Of a stretch of 64,000 nt of DNA, positions 48,018 to 58,078 are shown piece by piece; within the stretch, counting starts at the first letter, position 1; each line of letters begins with the position of its first letter. The stretch is taken from NCBI GenBank assembly GCA_038231275.1, contig JBBRLQ010000029.1, positions 37,675-101,674 of the forward strand. The letters run 5' to 3'. The position numbers and the translations under genes are program-made. Below the pieces are notes generated by a model. That model had not been told where the DNA came from. It ran no database searches and worked only from the letters and a program-made list of their open reading frames with translations. The stretch comes from Polyangiales bacterium (GTDB lineage Bacteria; Myxococcota_A; Polyangia; Polyangiales; Polyangiaceae).

Positions 48018-50993
48018 TCAGACGAGCTTGTTGAGGAAGGCGATCTTCTTCGCGAGCTGGACGTTGCCGTCGACGCGAATCTGACCGTGCATGAAGAGGT
48101 CCGTCTCCTTCGACGCGTCTTGAACGAGCGTCACGAAGGCGTCCTCTTCCTTGAACGTGAGGGTAGCCTCACGTTTGTCGTTCAGGCCTTCCGCGAAGCC
48201 GTTCGCGGAGACGCTGAACGCGTGGTCGCCGACCTTGAACTGCAAGGTCCCGCCGATCTCCTTCGCGAGACCGGCGTTCTTGGCGAGGCGATCCTTGAGC
48301 GCCGCGAGGATCTCGGGGACCTTCGATCCGGCGGCGGGGGCAGGGGAGGCGGAGGCCGACGCAGCCTTGGAGGGCTGCGCGGTGACCTTCATCGCCGCGG
48401 CCTTCGCCGCTTCCTTGTCGATGCTCTTCAGGAACTCGAGCTTCTGCGACGCCATGAGGTTGCCGCCGATCTTCAGCTTGCCGCCGAAGTAGAGCTTCTG
48501 CGGATCGGCCTTGCCGGCGCTCATGTCGAGGAAGTCGGCTTGCGTGAGCTCGAGGGTCGTGTCGGGCTTGTCGACCTTGCCCTCCTCGACTTTGCCCTTG
48601 CCGTTCTTCAAGTCGAGGATCCAGAAGCTCTCGGGGTTCGTGAGCTTCCACTGGTAGACCGTCGCGACCTTCGCGATCAGCTCGGGGTGCTTCTCGATGT
48701 GATCGCGCATTCCCGCGAAGACGTGGATCGGTTGGAAGTCTCCGAGCTCACCGGCACCGGCAGGCGCCGCCGCGGGGGTTGCGGAGGTCGATGCGCCGGC
48801 GGGCGCGGGCTTCACGTCCTTCAAGAAGTCGAGCTTCTGGGACGCCATGACGTCGCCCGTGATCTTCAGCTTGCCGCCAAAATACAGCTTCTGCGGGTTC
48901 GCTTGGCCGGTCGCCATCGCGAGCCAGTCGCTCTGCGAGAGCTCCAGCGTCGTGTCCGCCTTCGCTGCCGTTCCCTCGAAGACCTTGCCCTCTTTGAGGT
49001 CGACGACCCACTTGGCAGACGGATCGGTGATGTTGAACTGGAAGACCTTGCCGATCTTCGTCAGATCTTTATGCGTGTCGACGTGGCCCCGGATGGCGCC
49101 GAAGATCATCGCGATCGGATCGCCGCCGCCACCAGCGGACGCACCGGCGCTCGCAGACGGAGCCGCTGCCGACTTCTTCGCGGGCCGCGTCGGGATCTTC
49201 TCGTAGAGCTCGACGGCCGCGTTGCTGATCGCGTCCTTCTCTTTGCCCTCGACGCGGCAGCGGAAGATGACCTTGTTGCCTTCCTTCCACATCTCGGTCT
49301 TCAGCGTCTCGCCCGGGAAGACGGTGTCGGCGAAGCGCGCCTTGATGCTCTTGAAGAGGCGCGGATCGCCTTTGCAGAACGACTTGATGACGTGACGCGC
49401 GGCGATGCCGTACGAGCAGAGGCCGTGCAAAATCGGCTTTTGGAAGCCGAAATTCTTCGCGAAGCTCGGATCGGCGTGGAGCGGGTTCCAGTCGCCGGAG
49501 AGGCGGTAGAGGAGGGCTTGGTTCTCCGGGATCTTCTCGCTCATCACGGCGTCGGGCGCGCGCGTCGGCGGCACGTTGACGTCGGCGCTCGGGCCGCGCT
49601 CGCCGCCCCATCCGCCGGCGCCGCGAACGAACGTCGTGAGCTCGTTGTAGATGACCTCGTTGCCGTCCTCGTCGTACGAGGTCGACGACGTCACGACGAG
49701 GGCGTTCTTCCCCTTGTCGAAGATGTCCTTCACCTTCACCTTGTGGGTGAGCTTCGCGTGCGTCGGGAGCGGGTACTTCACCTCGGTGAACTGCTCACCG
49801 TGGAGGACGCGGTCGAAGCCGTAGTTGAGGCCGGGGATCGTCTTTCCTTCGCGCGCGTTCTTCATCATCACGTTGAGGATGGGGACGACGCCGAACGTCG
49901 GAAGCACCTTCATGCCCTCGCCGTGGAGCTCGTAGACGGTCTGGAGATCCGCGTCGTCGAGCGGATCGTGCGCGGCGCCGACGCCGAGCGCGTAGAGCGC
50001 CACGTCACGCTCGTCGTACGAAGATTCGACGGGGGGAGCTTCGTAGCCGAGCGCGAGATCGAGATCGATGAACTCGTTGCCGCCCTTGGTCTTGGCGGTC
50101 GAGAGGTTGCCGAGGATGGGCTGCATCGACGCCGTGATGTCGCTCGGGTGGGTCGTGTGCGCGAAGCCGGCAATTTTTCCCCAGCTCGCTTTCACTTGCT
50201 CGGGCGTGATCGCGCGCGAGATGCGGAACAGCTCGCCCTCGGCGCGCTCCCAGCGGAGCTTGCCCATGAAGCCGCCACCGACCTCGAACGTGCCGCCGTT
50301 CTCTTCGCACGACTCGTGACAGAGGTAGGCGACGAGCGGCGTGACGAACTCCGGCTTGAGCGCGGCGATGAGATCGGGCGGGAGCACCGTCTCGGTCATG
50401 CGCGAGCCGGCGATCGGGCCGATCGCGTTCGCGAAGACGTTCTTCTTCTTGCCCTCGATCGCCAGCGTCTGCATGAGGCCGACGAGCGCGAGCTTCGCGG
50501 CGGAGTAGTTGGCCTGGCCGAAGTTGCCGTAGATGCCGGCGGCGCTCGTCGTGAAGATGATGCGGCCGTAGCCCTTGTCGCGCATGTGATCCCACGCGGC
50601 CTTGGTGACCTTGTAGGCGCCGTTCAGGTGGACCTTCACGATGAGGTCCCAGTCCTGATCGGTCATCTTCTGGAACGACGTGTCGCGCAGGATGCCGGCG
50701 TTGTTGATGACGATGTCGACGCCACCGAAGGCGTCGAGCGCGGTCTTGACGATCTTGTCGCCGTCCTCGACCGAGTCGTAATTCGCGACGGCCTGTCCAC
50801 CGGCGGCTTTGATCTCCTCGACGACCTTGTCGGCCGCGGCGGACGATTTGCCCTCGCCCTTGAAGCCGCCGCCGAGATCGTTGACGACCACCTTGGCGCC
50901 GCGGCTGGCGAGAAAGAGGGCGTGCGAGCGGCCGAGCCCGTTGCCTGCACCGGTGACGATGGCGACACGGTTGTCGAAGCGCAAATCTGCCAT
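48018..50993 (-). CDS. Peroxisomal-type multifunctional enzyme 2: SDR dehydrogenase + hydratase 2 + three SCP2 domains
   Basis: [35 protein letters not shown]; two ..[15 protein letters not shown] repeats plus a third degenerate SCP2. Confidence 0.92.
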   Translation of the reverse strand: MADLRFDNRVAIVTGAGNGLGRSHALFLASRGAKVVVNDLGGGFKGEGKSSAAADKVVEEIKAAGGQAVANYDSVEDGDKIVKTALDAFGGVDIVINNAGILRDTSFQKMTDQDWDLIVKVHLNGAYKVTKAAWDHMRDKGYGRIIFTTSAAGIYGNFGQANYSAAKLALVGLMQTLAIEGKKKNVFANAIGPIAGSRMTETVLPPDLIAALKPEFVTPLVAYLCHESCEENGGTFEVGGGFMGKLRWERAEGELFRISRAITPEQVKASWGKIAGFAHTTHPSDITASMQPILGNLSTAKTKGGNEFIDLDLALGYEAPPVESSYDERDVALYALGVGAAHDPLDDADLQTVYELHGEGMKVLPTFGVVPILNVMMKNAREGKTIPGLNYGFDRVLHGEQFTEVKYPLPTHAKLTHKVKVKDIFDKGKNALVVTSSTSYDEDGNEVIYNELTTFVRGAGGWGGERGPSADVNVPPTRAPDAVMSEKIPENQALLYRLSGDWNPLHADPSFAKNFGFQKPILHGLCSYGIAARHVIKSFCKGDPRLFKSIKARFADTVFPGETLKTEMWKEGNKVIFRCRVEGKEKDAISNAAVELYEKIPTRPAKKSAAAPSASAGASAGGGGDPIAMIFGAIRGHVDTHKDLTKIGKVFQFNITDPSAKWVVDLKEGKVFEGTAAKADTTLELSQSDWLAMATGQANPQKLYFGGKLKITGDVMASQKLDFLKDVKPAPAGASTSATPAAAPAGAGELGDFQPIHVFAGMRDHIEKHPELIAKVATVYQWKLTNPESFWILDLKNGKGKVEEGKVDKPDTTLELTQADFLDMSAGKADPQKLYFGGKLKIGGNLMASQKLEFLKSIDKEAAKAAAMKVTAQPSKAASASASPAPAAGSKVPEILAALKDRLAKNAGLAKEIGGTLQFKVGDHAFSVSANGFAEGLNDKREATLTFKEEDAFVTLVQDASKETDLFMHGQIRVDGNVQLAKKIAFLNKLV

Positions 50994-51140
50994 GGGACGT
51001 TCCTTGTTAGTGGACGTGCGCGCGCAACTCGTCGCGCCGTCGAAGGAACGTTTAGCATGCGAACTAATCGCAGGGTAGGAAAACTGAATGCCGAATGTTC
51101 TCGTTTGAGCTCGGCCCGTTAGCTCGAGTGCGCGCTCGTC

Positions 51141-52934
51141 CTAGCGATGGCCGCGGCGGCGTCGGGCGCGCAAGATCACGAGGGCCAGCGGGGACATGAG
51201 GAGGAGTGTCGCGGCGTCCGCAGCGCGCGCTGAAGGCGAAGGAGAAGCCGAGCAGCCGCCCGCGCTCGCCCCTGATCCGTCGGGCGGAGTATCGTTGCTG
51301 CCCGAGCTGCCGCTCGTGCCACCGCTACTGCCGCTGCTCGTTCCACCGCTACTGCCGCTCGTTCCACCGCTACTGCCGCTCGTTCCACCGCTGCTGCTCG
51401 CACCGGCGTCGCCCGCGGGCTTCGTCGGATCGATATCCATCAAGTAGACGGCGGCGCCGGCTCCTTTGACCAGCACGGGACGCGGACCGAGCGCCTCGGC
51501 TTCGGGAAGCGCGGCCAGCTTCGCGGCGGGCCACACCTGCGTCTTCGTGAGGTCGAAGTGCCACGCCGCCGCGGCCACGGGATCGGTGACGTGGCGCTTG
51601 GTCTGTCCGTCGATCCAGTAGACCGAGGGCGCGCCGTCGTCCCCCTTCGCGAGTACCGGCGCCGCCTCGATGGCGACGCCGTCCTTCAGCGTGCCGAGCG
51701 CCGCGTCGGTCACCGTCATCACGTCCTCGAACGAAGAGAACTTCCAGCCCGCGAACGTCGTCGGGTCCTTGATCCAGCGGCGCACGCCAGCGAGCGCGAG
51801 CGGCGCGCAGGTCATCGCCTTCGGACTTCCCGTGAGCTCGGCGTTGGTGCCGACGGCGTTGCTGTTGATTCCGTACGCGTGCACGGGGTGCGCCTTGCCG
51901 TCGAAGAGCGACAGCGGCGGCAGCTGAACGAAGCCGTGGTTGCACGAGCCGAGCGGTGTGCAGAGATCCTTGCGCGCGATACCCGCGTTCGTGGCGAGCG
52001 CGGGAACGCCGGGAGTGCCCGCGGGACCGCCGTAGTAGAGGTGCACGTCGATCGCGGCAGTCTTGGCGGTCGGGCTCTGCGACCAGCCGGCGATTCCGGT
52101 GCACGCGGCGCCGTCGAGCGCGCCGGCGGGCGGAGCGAACGGGCAGTTGACCGCCGGTCCCGCGCCCTTCGCGAGGACGCCGAGGTGGTTGTTCACGAGA
52201 CGGCCGCTCGTGATGATCTGGCCGCGCCCAGCGACGTACATCTGCGAAGAGCCGCCGCCGTCCTGGTTCGTCGCGACGTCGATCGGAGGCGCGCCGCCGG
52301 CCGCGACGCGCGCGACCATGTTGGCGACCATCTGGTTTCCGTCGAGCGACGCGTCGCTCGTGTAGACGTACAAGAAGCGGCGGTCGGCGCTCATGCCGAT
52401 GCCGGTGGGGCGGTGGGCGGTCGTGTTCGTGGGATCGCCGTCGTAGTTGGGGCCGCGCGATTTTCCGCCGACGATGAGGAAGTTGTGGCCGCCGACGATG
52501 TCGGTGACGAGCGACGCGGCCGCGGGCGTGACGCCACCGTTCTCCTGAAGATCGGCGACGAACTTTCCGAACGTCCAGTACGGGCGGTTCTCGCGGTTCT
52601 GCTCGGTCGCGGGCCAGTCTTGTCCGCCGCCGCGCGCGCGGCCGACGACGTAGCTCCAGCCAGGGAAGTCGAAGAAGTCGGCGTTCACCGCGATCTCGGC
52701 CCCGACGCCGGGCTTCTGCGCCCAGACCTCCGGCGTCGCCTCGCGCTCGGCGTACTGCGTCGCGCGCACGCTGACACCCGCCGCGCACAGGTCCACGATC
52801 GCCATCGCGTCGGAGCCGCCTTCGACGAGCGTGACGCCGTGGAACGGCGCCGTGTTGCCTGCCGCAGCGGAGACCGTCAGGGAGAGGAGGCCAAGGCCGA
52901 GGCCAAGCGAAAGAAGGGTCGTTCGCGAACGCAT
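51141..52934 (-). CDS. Exported phosphodiester glycosidase (NAGPA-like) protein with MYXO-CTERM-like tail
   Basis: AVNADFF, RPTGIG, NQDGGGSSQM; Gly/Ser linker, GGCS, TM helix and RRRR end. Confidence 0.8.
   Translation of the reverse strand: MRSRTTLLSLGLGLGLLSLTVSAAAGNTAPFHGVTLVEGGSDAMAIVDLCAAGVSVRATQYAEREATPEVWAQKPGVGAEIAVNADFFDFPGWSYVVGRARGGGQDWPATEQNRENRPYWTFGKFVADLQENGGVTPAAASLVTDIVGGHNFLIVGGKSRGPNYDGDPTNTTAHRPTGIGMSADRRFLYVYTSDASLDGNQMVANMVARVAAGGAPPIDVATNQDGGGSSQMYVAGRGQIITSGRLVNNHLGVLAKGAGPAVNCPFAPPAGALDGAACTGIAGWSQSPTAKTAAIDVHLYYGGPAGTPGVPALATNAGIARKDLCTPLGSCNHGFVQLPPLSLFDGKAHPVHAYGINSNAVGTNAELTGSPKAMTCAPLALAGVRRWIKDPTTFAGWKFSSFEDVMTVTDAALGTLKDGVAIEAAPVLAKGDDGAPSVYWIDGQTKRHVTDPVAAAAWHFDLTKTQVWPAAKLAALPEAEALGPRPVLVKGAGAAVYLMDIDPTKPAGDAGASSSGGTSGSSGGTSGSSGGTSSGSSGGTSGSSGSNDTPPDGSGASAGGCSASPSPSARAADAATLLLMSPLALVILRARRRRGHR
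51308..51398 (-). repeat. ~21-nt tandem repeat encoding (SSGGTSG)n linker
   Basis: GCCGCTCGTTCCACCGCTACT repeated ~4 times. Confidence 0.85.
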
Positions 52935-52946
52935 TCCGCCAGACTC

Positions 52947-52962
52947 AGCAAGGCACATGCCC
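52947..52962 (-). promoter_or_regulatory. sigma54-like -24/-12 promoter
   Basis: GGGCATGTGCCTTGCT, 13 nt from ATG. Confidence 0.6.
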
Positions 52963-53116
52963 ACTGGAATTTGCCCAATTCATCAATGCTTTTGCTGGAT
53001 CCGCGCCGATCCCTTCGCTCGCTCGCGCGCCTGGATCGCGACTTCTCGCGGGGTTCGGCGGTTCGGGGCAACCTGCCGCATTGCCATTGCGCACGCCGGC
53101 GTGCGATGCCCGCGTC

Positions 53117-54202
53117 ATGATCACGCGCGCGCTCTTCGCCTCGACGTCGTCCGCCCTGACCCTCTCACTCCTCGGCCTCGCGGCGTGCGGAGGCGCGCCC
53201 ACGCCGGAAGTGCCCAGCACGCCTGCGCCGCCGAGCACGATCGCGACACCGTCTGTCGACGCGGGCGCGGTCGCCGCACCCGCGCTGGCGAGCGGTCAAG
53301 CGCACGCGCTCCTCATTCTCGTCGCGAGCTGCTGGAACGGCGGCGTCTGGAGCGAAGGCGAGGGGGCCGACACGCCGGAGACACGTAAGGCGACGAGCGA
53401 GGCGCGGTGCCACGACGAGACGAAGCGCGCGCTCGGCGCCGACGAGAAGGAGAAGTACGAGCAGCTCCGCGCGTTGGAGGCGAACGCGGTCGAGGACGTC
53501 GGCAAGAAGATCGCCGAGCTCGCCAAGGGGGACGCGACGGACGCGCCGCGCAAGGACGCGCTGGGGAAGCTCCTGACGACGCTCGCGGCCGCGAAGAAGG
53601 AGGAGATGCTCGCACGACGCGCCGGTGAGCGCGTGAAGCGCGACCTCGCGAAGGAGCCGGAGAGGCTCACCGCCGACGAGGCCGCTGCGGTCGGTCCGCT
53701 CCGGGACACCTCGGCGCTCCTGCTGCTCCTGAAGCTCGACGTCGGCGATCTGTCGACCGAGGCGCACGCGCTGGGCCTTCTGAGCGCGATGGATCGCATG
53801 GCGATCGCGCGCGGTTTGCCGCGTCACCTCAAAGTTTACGCGGTCAGCGGCGCATTCAAGCTGGTCTTCAACGTCGACGCGCCGGTCGTCCCCGAGGATC
53901 TGAAGACGCCGCTCAAGCCCGGAACGTGGCTCGCGTACCTCACGGTCGCCGCCAAGGGCGCAGGGCACCCCGTGCCTGACACCGCCAAGACGCCGCTCGA
54001 GAAGGAGCCCATGGCGTGGGCGGGTGTCCTCGAGGGGCTGCACGATCAGCTCGGCGCCGACGCCGCGAAGCTCTCGGACGACTCGTCGCTCAAGGCCGTC
54101 GTGTCCAGCATCGCGAAGCGTCTCGAGCACGAGTACAACGACGAGCGCAACGCCCTGCGCAGCAAGGCCGCGGCGCCCGCGCCGGTCGCTCCGAAGAAGT
54201 AG
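53117..54202 (+). CDS. Hypothetical helical lipoprotein
   Basis: LAAC lipobox, Pro-rich linker, helical domain. Confidence 0.8.
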   Translation: MITRALFASTSSALTLSLLGLAACGGAPTPEVPSTPAPPSTIATPSVDAGAVAAPALASGQAHALLILVASCWNGGVWSEGEGADTPETRKATSEARCHDETKRALGADEKEKYEQLRALEANAVEDVGKKIAELAKGDATDAPRKDALGKLLTTLAAAKKEEMLARRAGERVKRDLAKEPERLTADEAAAVGPLRDTSALLLLLKLDVGDLSTEAHALGLLSAMDRMAIARGLPRHLKVYAVSGAFKLVFNVDAPVVPEDLKTPLKPGTWLAYLTVAAKGAGHPVPDTAKTPLEKEPMAWAGVLEGLHDQLGADAAKLSDDSSLKAVVSSIAKRLEHEYNDERNALRSKAAAPAPVAPKK

Positions 54203-54211
54203 CCGCTACCG

Positions 54212-54775
54212 CTATTTGCCGGCGAGGAGATCGTGCAGGCGCGGCGCGATGTCGTCCACCGCCACCGAGCCCTTCACGCCGCCTTCGATGTGCTTTCCGG
54301 TGCCGCGCCCGTCGGCGCCAGGGACGCCAAAGTACGGGATGAGGTGCGTGTTGTAGTTGGCGGTGACGAGGCGCTCGCCGTCGCGATCGGAGTCGTACTC
54401 GAGGAGCGTCAGGTTCGGGAACTCCTTGTCGAGCTCGCCGCGCGCCGCCGACGCGTGGAAGCGCTTGCAGGGCTCGCACCACGTCGCGCCGATGTAGACG
54501 AGGACCTTGCGGCCGTCCTTCGCCTCGCGTGCCATCGTCTCTTTGACCTGGACTGCGACGTCGCCGTCCACAGGCGCCGCGATCGTACGGAGCTGATCGG
54601 TGGGGGCGAGGACGCCGACGGGTTGATCCGGCGACGGGAGGGGCGTCGGCTTGGAGGGAGAAGGAGAGGCCTTCGCGGGGGCCGTATCGGGACGCGGCTC
54701 GTCCTTCTTGTCGCACGCGCCGCACAGGAGGATCGCCGCGAGCGCGGCGCATCCAAGAGATCTCCGGAGGATCAT
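54212..54775 (-). CDS. Thioredoxin-like lipoprotein
   Basis: CGAC lipobox; GATWCEPC; cis-Pro LIPYF. Confidence 0.85.
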   Translation of the reverse strand: MILRRSLGCAALAAILLCGACDKKDEPRPDTAPAKASPSPSKPTPLPSPDQPVGVLAPTDQLRTIAAPVDGDVAVQVKETMAREAKDGRKVLVYIGATWCEPCKRFHASAARGELDKEFPNLTLLEYDSDRDGERLVTANYNTHLIPYFGVPGADGRGTGKHIEGGVKGSVAVDDIAPRLHDLLAGK

Positions 54776-54802
54776 TCGGGCGTACAGTTTGCCACGTCCG
54801 CG

Positions 54803-55558
54803 ATGCTCGAACGGCTCGAAAATGTGTGGCTCGGACCGGCGCCGGAGGACGCGCCCACGCTCGTGCTGCTCCACGAGGGGCTCGGATGCGTCGCGATGTG
54901 GCGCGATTTCCCGGAGGCGCTCGCGGCCGCGACTGGGCTCGGTGCCCTCGTCTACAGCCGCTTCGGGTACGGCCACTCACCGCCCGCGACGCTGCCGCGG
55001 CCGCTCACCTACATGCACGAGGAGGCGCGCCTCCTGCCGCAGCTCTTGGACGACGCGAAGATCCGCGAGGCGATCCTCGTCGGGCACAGCGACGGCGGAT
55101 CGATCGCGCTGCTCCACGCGGCGACGCGCGATCCTCGGGTTCGGGGGCTCGCGCTCGAGGCGCCGCACGTGTTCTGCGAGGACGTATCGGTCGCGAGCAT
55201 CGCGGCGGCGAAGCGCGCGTTCGAGGGGGGCGATCTCCGGGCGCGCCTCGCGCGCTACCAAGGCGACAACGTGGACGTCGCGTTTCGCGGATGGAACGAC
55301 GCGTGGCTCGACCCAGGCTTTCGCGCGTGGAACCTCGAGGCGTGCTTGCCGGCGATCGACGTGCCGGTGCTTGTCGTCCAGGGTGCCGACGACGTCTACG
55401 GCACGCTCGCCCAGGTCGACGCCATCGAGCGCGGTCTGCGCGCGCCGTTCACGCGGTGCGTTCTGTCCGAGTGCGGCCACTCCCCGCACAAGGATCAGCG
55501 CGACAAGACCCTCGCCGCGATCGTAGGCCTCGCCCGCGCCGCGTTGAAAGGCGGTTGA
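54803..55558 (+). CDS. Alpha/beta hydrolase
   Basis: LLHEGLG, GHSDGG, QGADDVYG, CGHSPH. Confidence 0.92.
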   Translation: MLERLENVWLGPAPEDAPTLVLLHEGLGCVAMWRDFPEALAAATGLGALVYSRFGYGHSPPATLPRPLTYMHEEARLLPQLLDDAKIREAILVGHSDGGSIALLHAATRDPRVRGLALEAPHVFCEDVSVASIAAAKRAFEGGDLRARLARYQGDNVDVAFRGWNDAWLDPGFRAWNLEACLPAIDVPVLVVQGADDVYGTLAQVDAIERGLRAPFTRCVLSECGHSPHKDQRDKTLAAIVGLARAALKGG

Positions 55559-55563
55559 TTCAA

Positions 55564-55635
55564 GGCCTGACCAAGAAAGCCGGTCAGGCCTTTCCCTCAG
55601 GATCGTTCCGCTCGGCTGCGCTTCGCTTCACTCAG
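55564..55635 (-). repeat. REP-like element copy 5
   Basis: GGCCTGACC..CCGGTCAGGCC + CAGGATCGTTCCGCTCGGCTGCGCTTCGCTTCACTCAG; includes stop of 55632-56729. Confidence 0.85.
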
Positions 55636-56729
55636 CCCGCAGAGTTGTCGATCGTCTGCTTGACCGAGACCTTCTGCTGCATCGTTCGCGCGGGCGCGCC
55701 GCCGCCGGCCGCCTGGTTCACGTTGACGATCGTAGACGAGTCGAGCGATCCCTTGCCGGGCATGCGCTCGAGGCGAACCTTGATGTTGGCGGTCGTCGTC
55801 CCGTCGATGGCGATCGTCGTGCCCTTCGGCGCGCGCGGGTCGGCCATGGGGGACGGCGGCGCCTTGCGCTTCGTCGTGACGGTGATGGCGAGGCCGTCGG
55901 GCGTGACGTCCTTCAGCACATAGCTCGTGGTCGTGGTGACCGCGATGCCATCCTGGCGCTGCGTCCCGACCTCTTCCCAGCGCGCGCCCTTGCCGATCGC
56001 GTCGTCCGGAAGAACGACGAAGAGCCCATCGAGCGTCTGCTGCGCGAGGGCACCGAGCTCGGAGCGCGCGAGCTGCTCGTTGGCGAGCGCGAAGCCGCTC
56101 ACGGCCCCATGAGCGCTCAGAGTGAACCCGGCGGCCTGACCGCTCAGCATCTTGAACGCCTGCGCCATCTGCTTCGCCTGCGCCGGATCGACGTCGGGGC
56201 CGGGGACGATCTCGGCGCGGGCGATGGTGACCTTGATGGGAAAGCTCCCATCGACCTTGGCTTGCGGCGTCATCGCGAGGGTGAACACCATCGGCGGCTG
56301 CGACTGCGCCGGCTGCCCCGACATCTCCTGGCTCATGCGGAGGGTGACCGTCACGTTCTCGGTCTTGCCGGCCTTCAGCTCGTACTTGCGCGCGACACGC
56401 GGCTCCTCGCCGGGCTCGAGCACCTTCAGGTTCGCGTTGCCGGCGCTCGGCGTGGCGCCCGGATCGGCGCCCGATGCGGCAGGAGCGGCAGCGCCGTCGA
56501 GGGGGAGGGCGACGGGTCCGCCGTCACTGCGAATCTCCACCTTCGGCGTCGGATCGCTGCCGCCGGGGAAGAACCCGTTGACGACGAAGTCGCTCGGGAT
56601 CGGCTCGGGCGCGCGGGGGGCGTTGGTCGAGTCTTTCTTCGCCTCCTCTTTGCAACCGCCGGCGCCGAGGGCCACCGCGAAAGGGGAGAGCGCCAGGAGA
56701 AGGAGAAGTGGAAGCTGCTGGGGACGCAT
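55632..56729 (-). CDS. Hypothetical beta-rich lipoprotein
   Basis: AGGC lipobox; LPDDAIGKGARWE motif. Confidence 0.8.
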   Translation of the reverse strand: MRPQQLPLLLLLALSPFAVALGAGGCKEEAKKDSTNAPRAPEPIPSDFVVNGFFPGGSDPTPKVEIRSDGGPVALPLDGAAAPAASGADPGATPSAGNANLKVLEPGEEPRVARKYELKAGKTENVTVTLRMSQEMSGQPAQSQPPMVFTLAMTPQAKVDGSFPIKVTIARAEIVPGPDVDPAQAKQMAQAFKMLSGQAAGFTLSAHGAVSGFALANEQLARSELGALAQQTLDGLFVVLPDDAIGKGARWEEVGTQRQDGIAVTTTTSYVLKDVTPDGLAITVTTKRKAPPSPMADPRAPKGTTIAIDGTTTANIKVRLERMPGKGSLDSSTIVNVNQAAGGGAPARTMQQKVSVKQTIDNSAG

Positions 56730-56870
56730 CGCGCGACACGCTCGTATCCCCGCGTGCTCGCGTCAAGCGGAACGTCGGGCGTGTCGAGGGATGGATCCCA
56801 TTCGCCTACATCTGGTCCGGAGCCGATCCAAGAATGACAAAATAGCCAATGATTTTAGATGGCGCACATG

Positions 56871-56886
56871 TGGCACATCGTGTGCT
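56871..56886 (+). promoter_or_regulatory. sigma54-like -24/-12 promoter
   Basis: TGGCACATCGTGTGCT, 15 nt from ATG 56901; AT-rich tract upstream. Confidence 0.7.
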
Positions 56887-56900
56887 CTACCTTCCGGACG

Positions 56901-57329
56901 ATGGTCGCCTTCCCTCGCTCTTCCAAGACGCTCATCTTCGTCCGGCCCCGCGCCGAGGACGTGGATGACACGGTCACGCAGATCCTCCCGCCCGGAAAAA
57001 AGAGGTCCCCCCGGCCTGCGCCGAACACGCACCGGCCCCCCAAGGCGCGAACGAGCGCCGAGGGTGAGCTCCCGTCGATCATGGTGACGCAGGACTCGTG
57101 GGTTCCGCCGACGCCGACGCGGGTGATGCGACGCATGGACGCCACGGTCGTTCGCCGGCCGCGCCCGGCACGCGCGAGCGAGGCCCCCGCCGGCATGAAG
57201 GAAGTCTCCGCCCGACGCTACAACCTGACGCTGGCGTTCGTCGCGCTGGGCATCGGCCTCCTCTGCTTGTACCTCGCGCCGCTCTTGAGCCGGCTGATGG
57301 AGACCGCGTTCGTCGCATTGAACCGGTGA
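56901..57329 (+). CDS. Hypothetical protein with C-terminal TM helix
   Basis: Start placed after the sigma54 motif; TM LTLAFVALGIGLLCLYLAPLL. Confidence 0.6.
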   Translation: MVAFPRSSKTLIFVRPRAEDVDDTVTQILPPGKKRSPRPAPNTHRPPKARTSAEGELPSIMVTQDSWVPPTPTRVMRRMDATVVRRPRPARASEAPAGMKEVSARRYNLTLAFVALGIGLLCLYLAPLLSRLMETAFVALNR

Positions 57330-57342
57330 TACTCTCGGCTGC

Positions 57343-58071
57343 ATGAGGCGACTCCGCGGTCGCGCCGCCCTCGCGTGCGCGCTCTTCGTGCTCGTCGTGG
57401 GCTGTCGGAAAAAAGAGAAGAGGCCGCTCGAAATCGAGGCGGGTCCGCCGCAGGCTGAAGCGACCGCCGACGTCGACGCGAAGGAGACCGTCCAGGTCAT
57501 CGTGTCGGTCTACCCCGTCACGTGCGACGCGAGCGCGGCGGCGCGCGGATGGACGGCGTGCCGTGAGGCGAGCGGCGGCTATGGCAAGGTCTACTCCTGC
57601 GCGGAGAAGGCGCTCCGCGAGTCACGTGGGGCGCTGGCGAGCCTTCGTCCGTCGACCCCGCGCCACGCCGCGTGCGCCGACCAGGTCGACAAGGCCGCGG
57701 TCACGATGCTCAACACCACGCCGCAGTTCTTCTCGGACGTGACCACGTGGCTGCAGGAGAACCACGACGCGCTCGCGAAGGCGCTGGAGACGATGCCGCT
57801 CGGCGAGGCGTGCCGCGCGTCGAAGGATCTCTGCGCGCGCGAGCCGCACGACTACGACGACGTGTACAAGGCCATGCGGATGCACTCGCTCGACATGATC
57901 GAGTGCACGACGACGCTCTTCCGGTGCGGGCAGAAGGACGCGATGGATTGCTGGCTCGGCAACGTCGTGCCGCGCCTCGGCGTCGCGTGCGCAGGAACGG
58001 CGAACCGCACCGGCGCGACGCCCGACGATCTCCTCTACGTGCGCGAGACGGGCACGCCGATCGCGCGCTGA
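57343..58071 (+). CDS. Cys-rich lipoprotein
   Basis: VVGC lipobox; about 10 Cys in mature part. Confidence 0.75.
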   Translation: MRRLRGRAALACALFVLVVGCRKKEKRPLEIEAGPPQAEATADVDAKETVQVIVSVYPVTCDASAAARGWTACREASGGYGKVYSCAEKALRESRGALASLRPSTPRHAACADQVDKAAVTMLNTTPQFFSDVTTWLQENHDALAKALETMPLGEACRASKDLCAREPHDYDDVYKAMRMHSLDMIECTTTLFRCGQKDAMDCWLGNVVPRLGVACAGTANRTGATPDDLLYVRETGTPIAR

Positions 58072-58078
58072 CGCGGCA

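Noticed and set aside
47991..51122. 1043-aa plus-strand ORF and many other long overlapping ORFs throughout the window
   Set aside because: Antisense or off-frame shadows typical of high-GC DNA; no motifs, and they overlap well-supported genes
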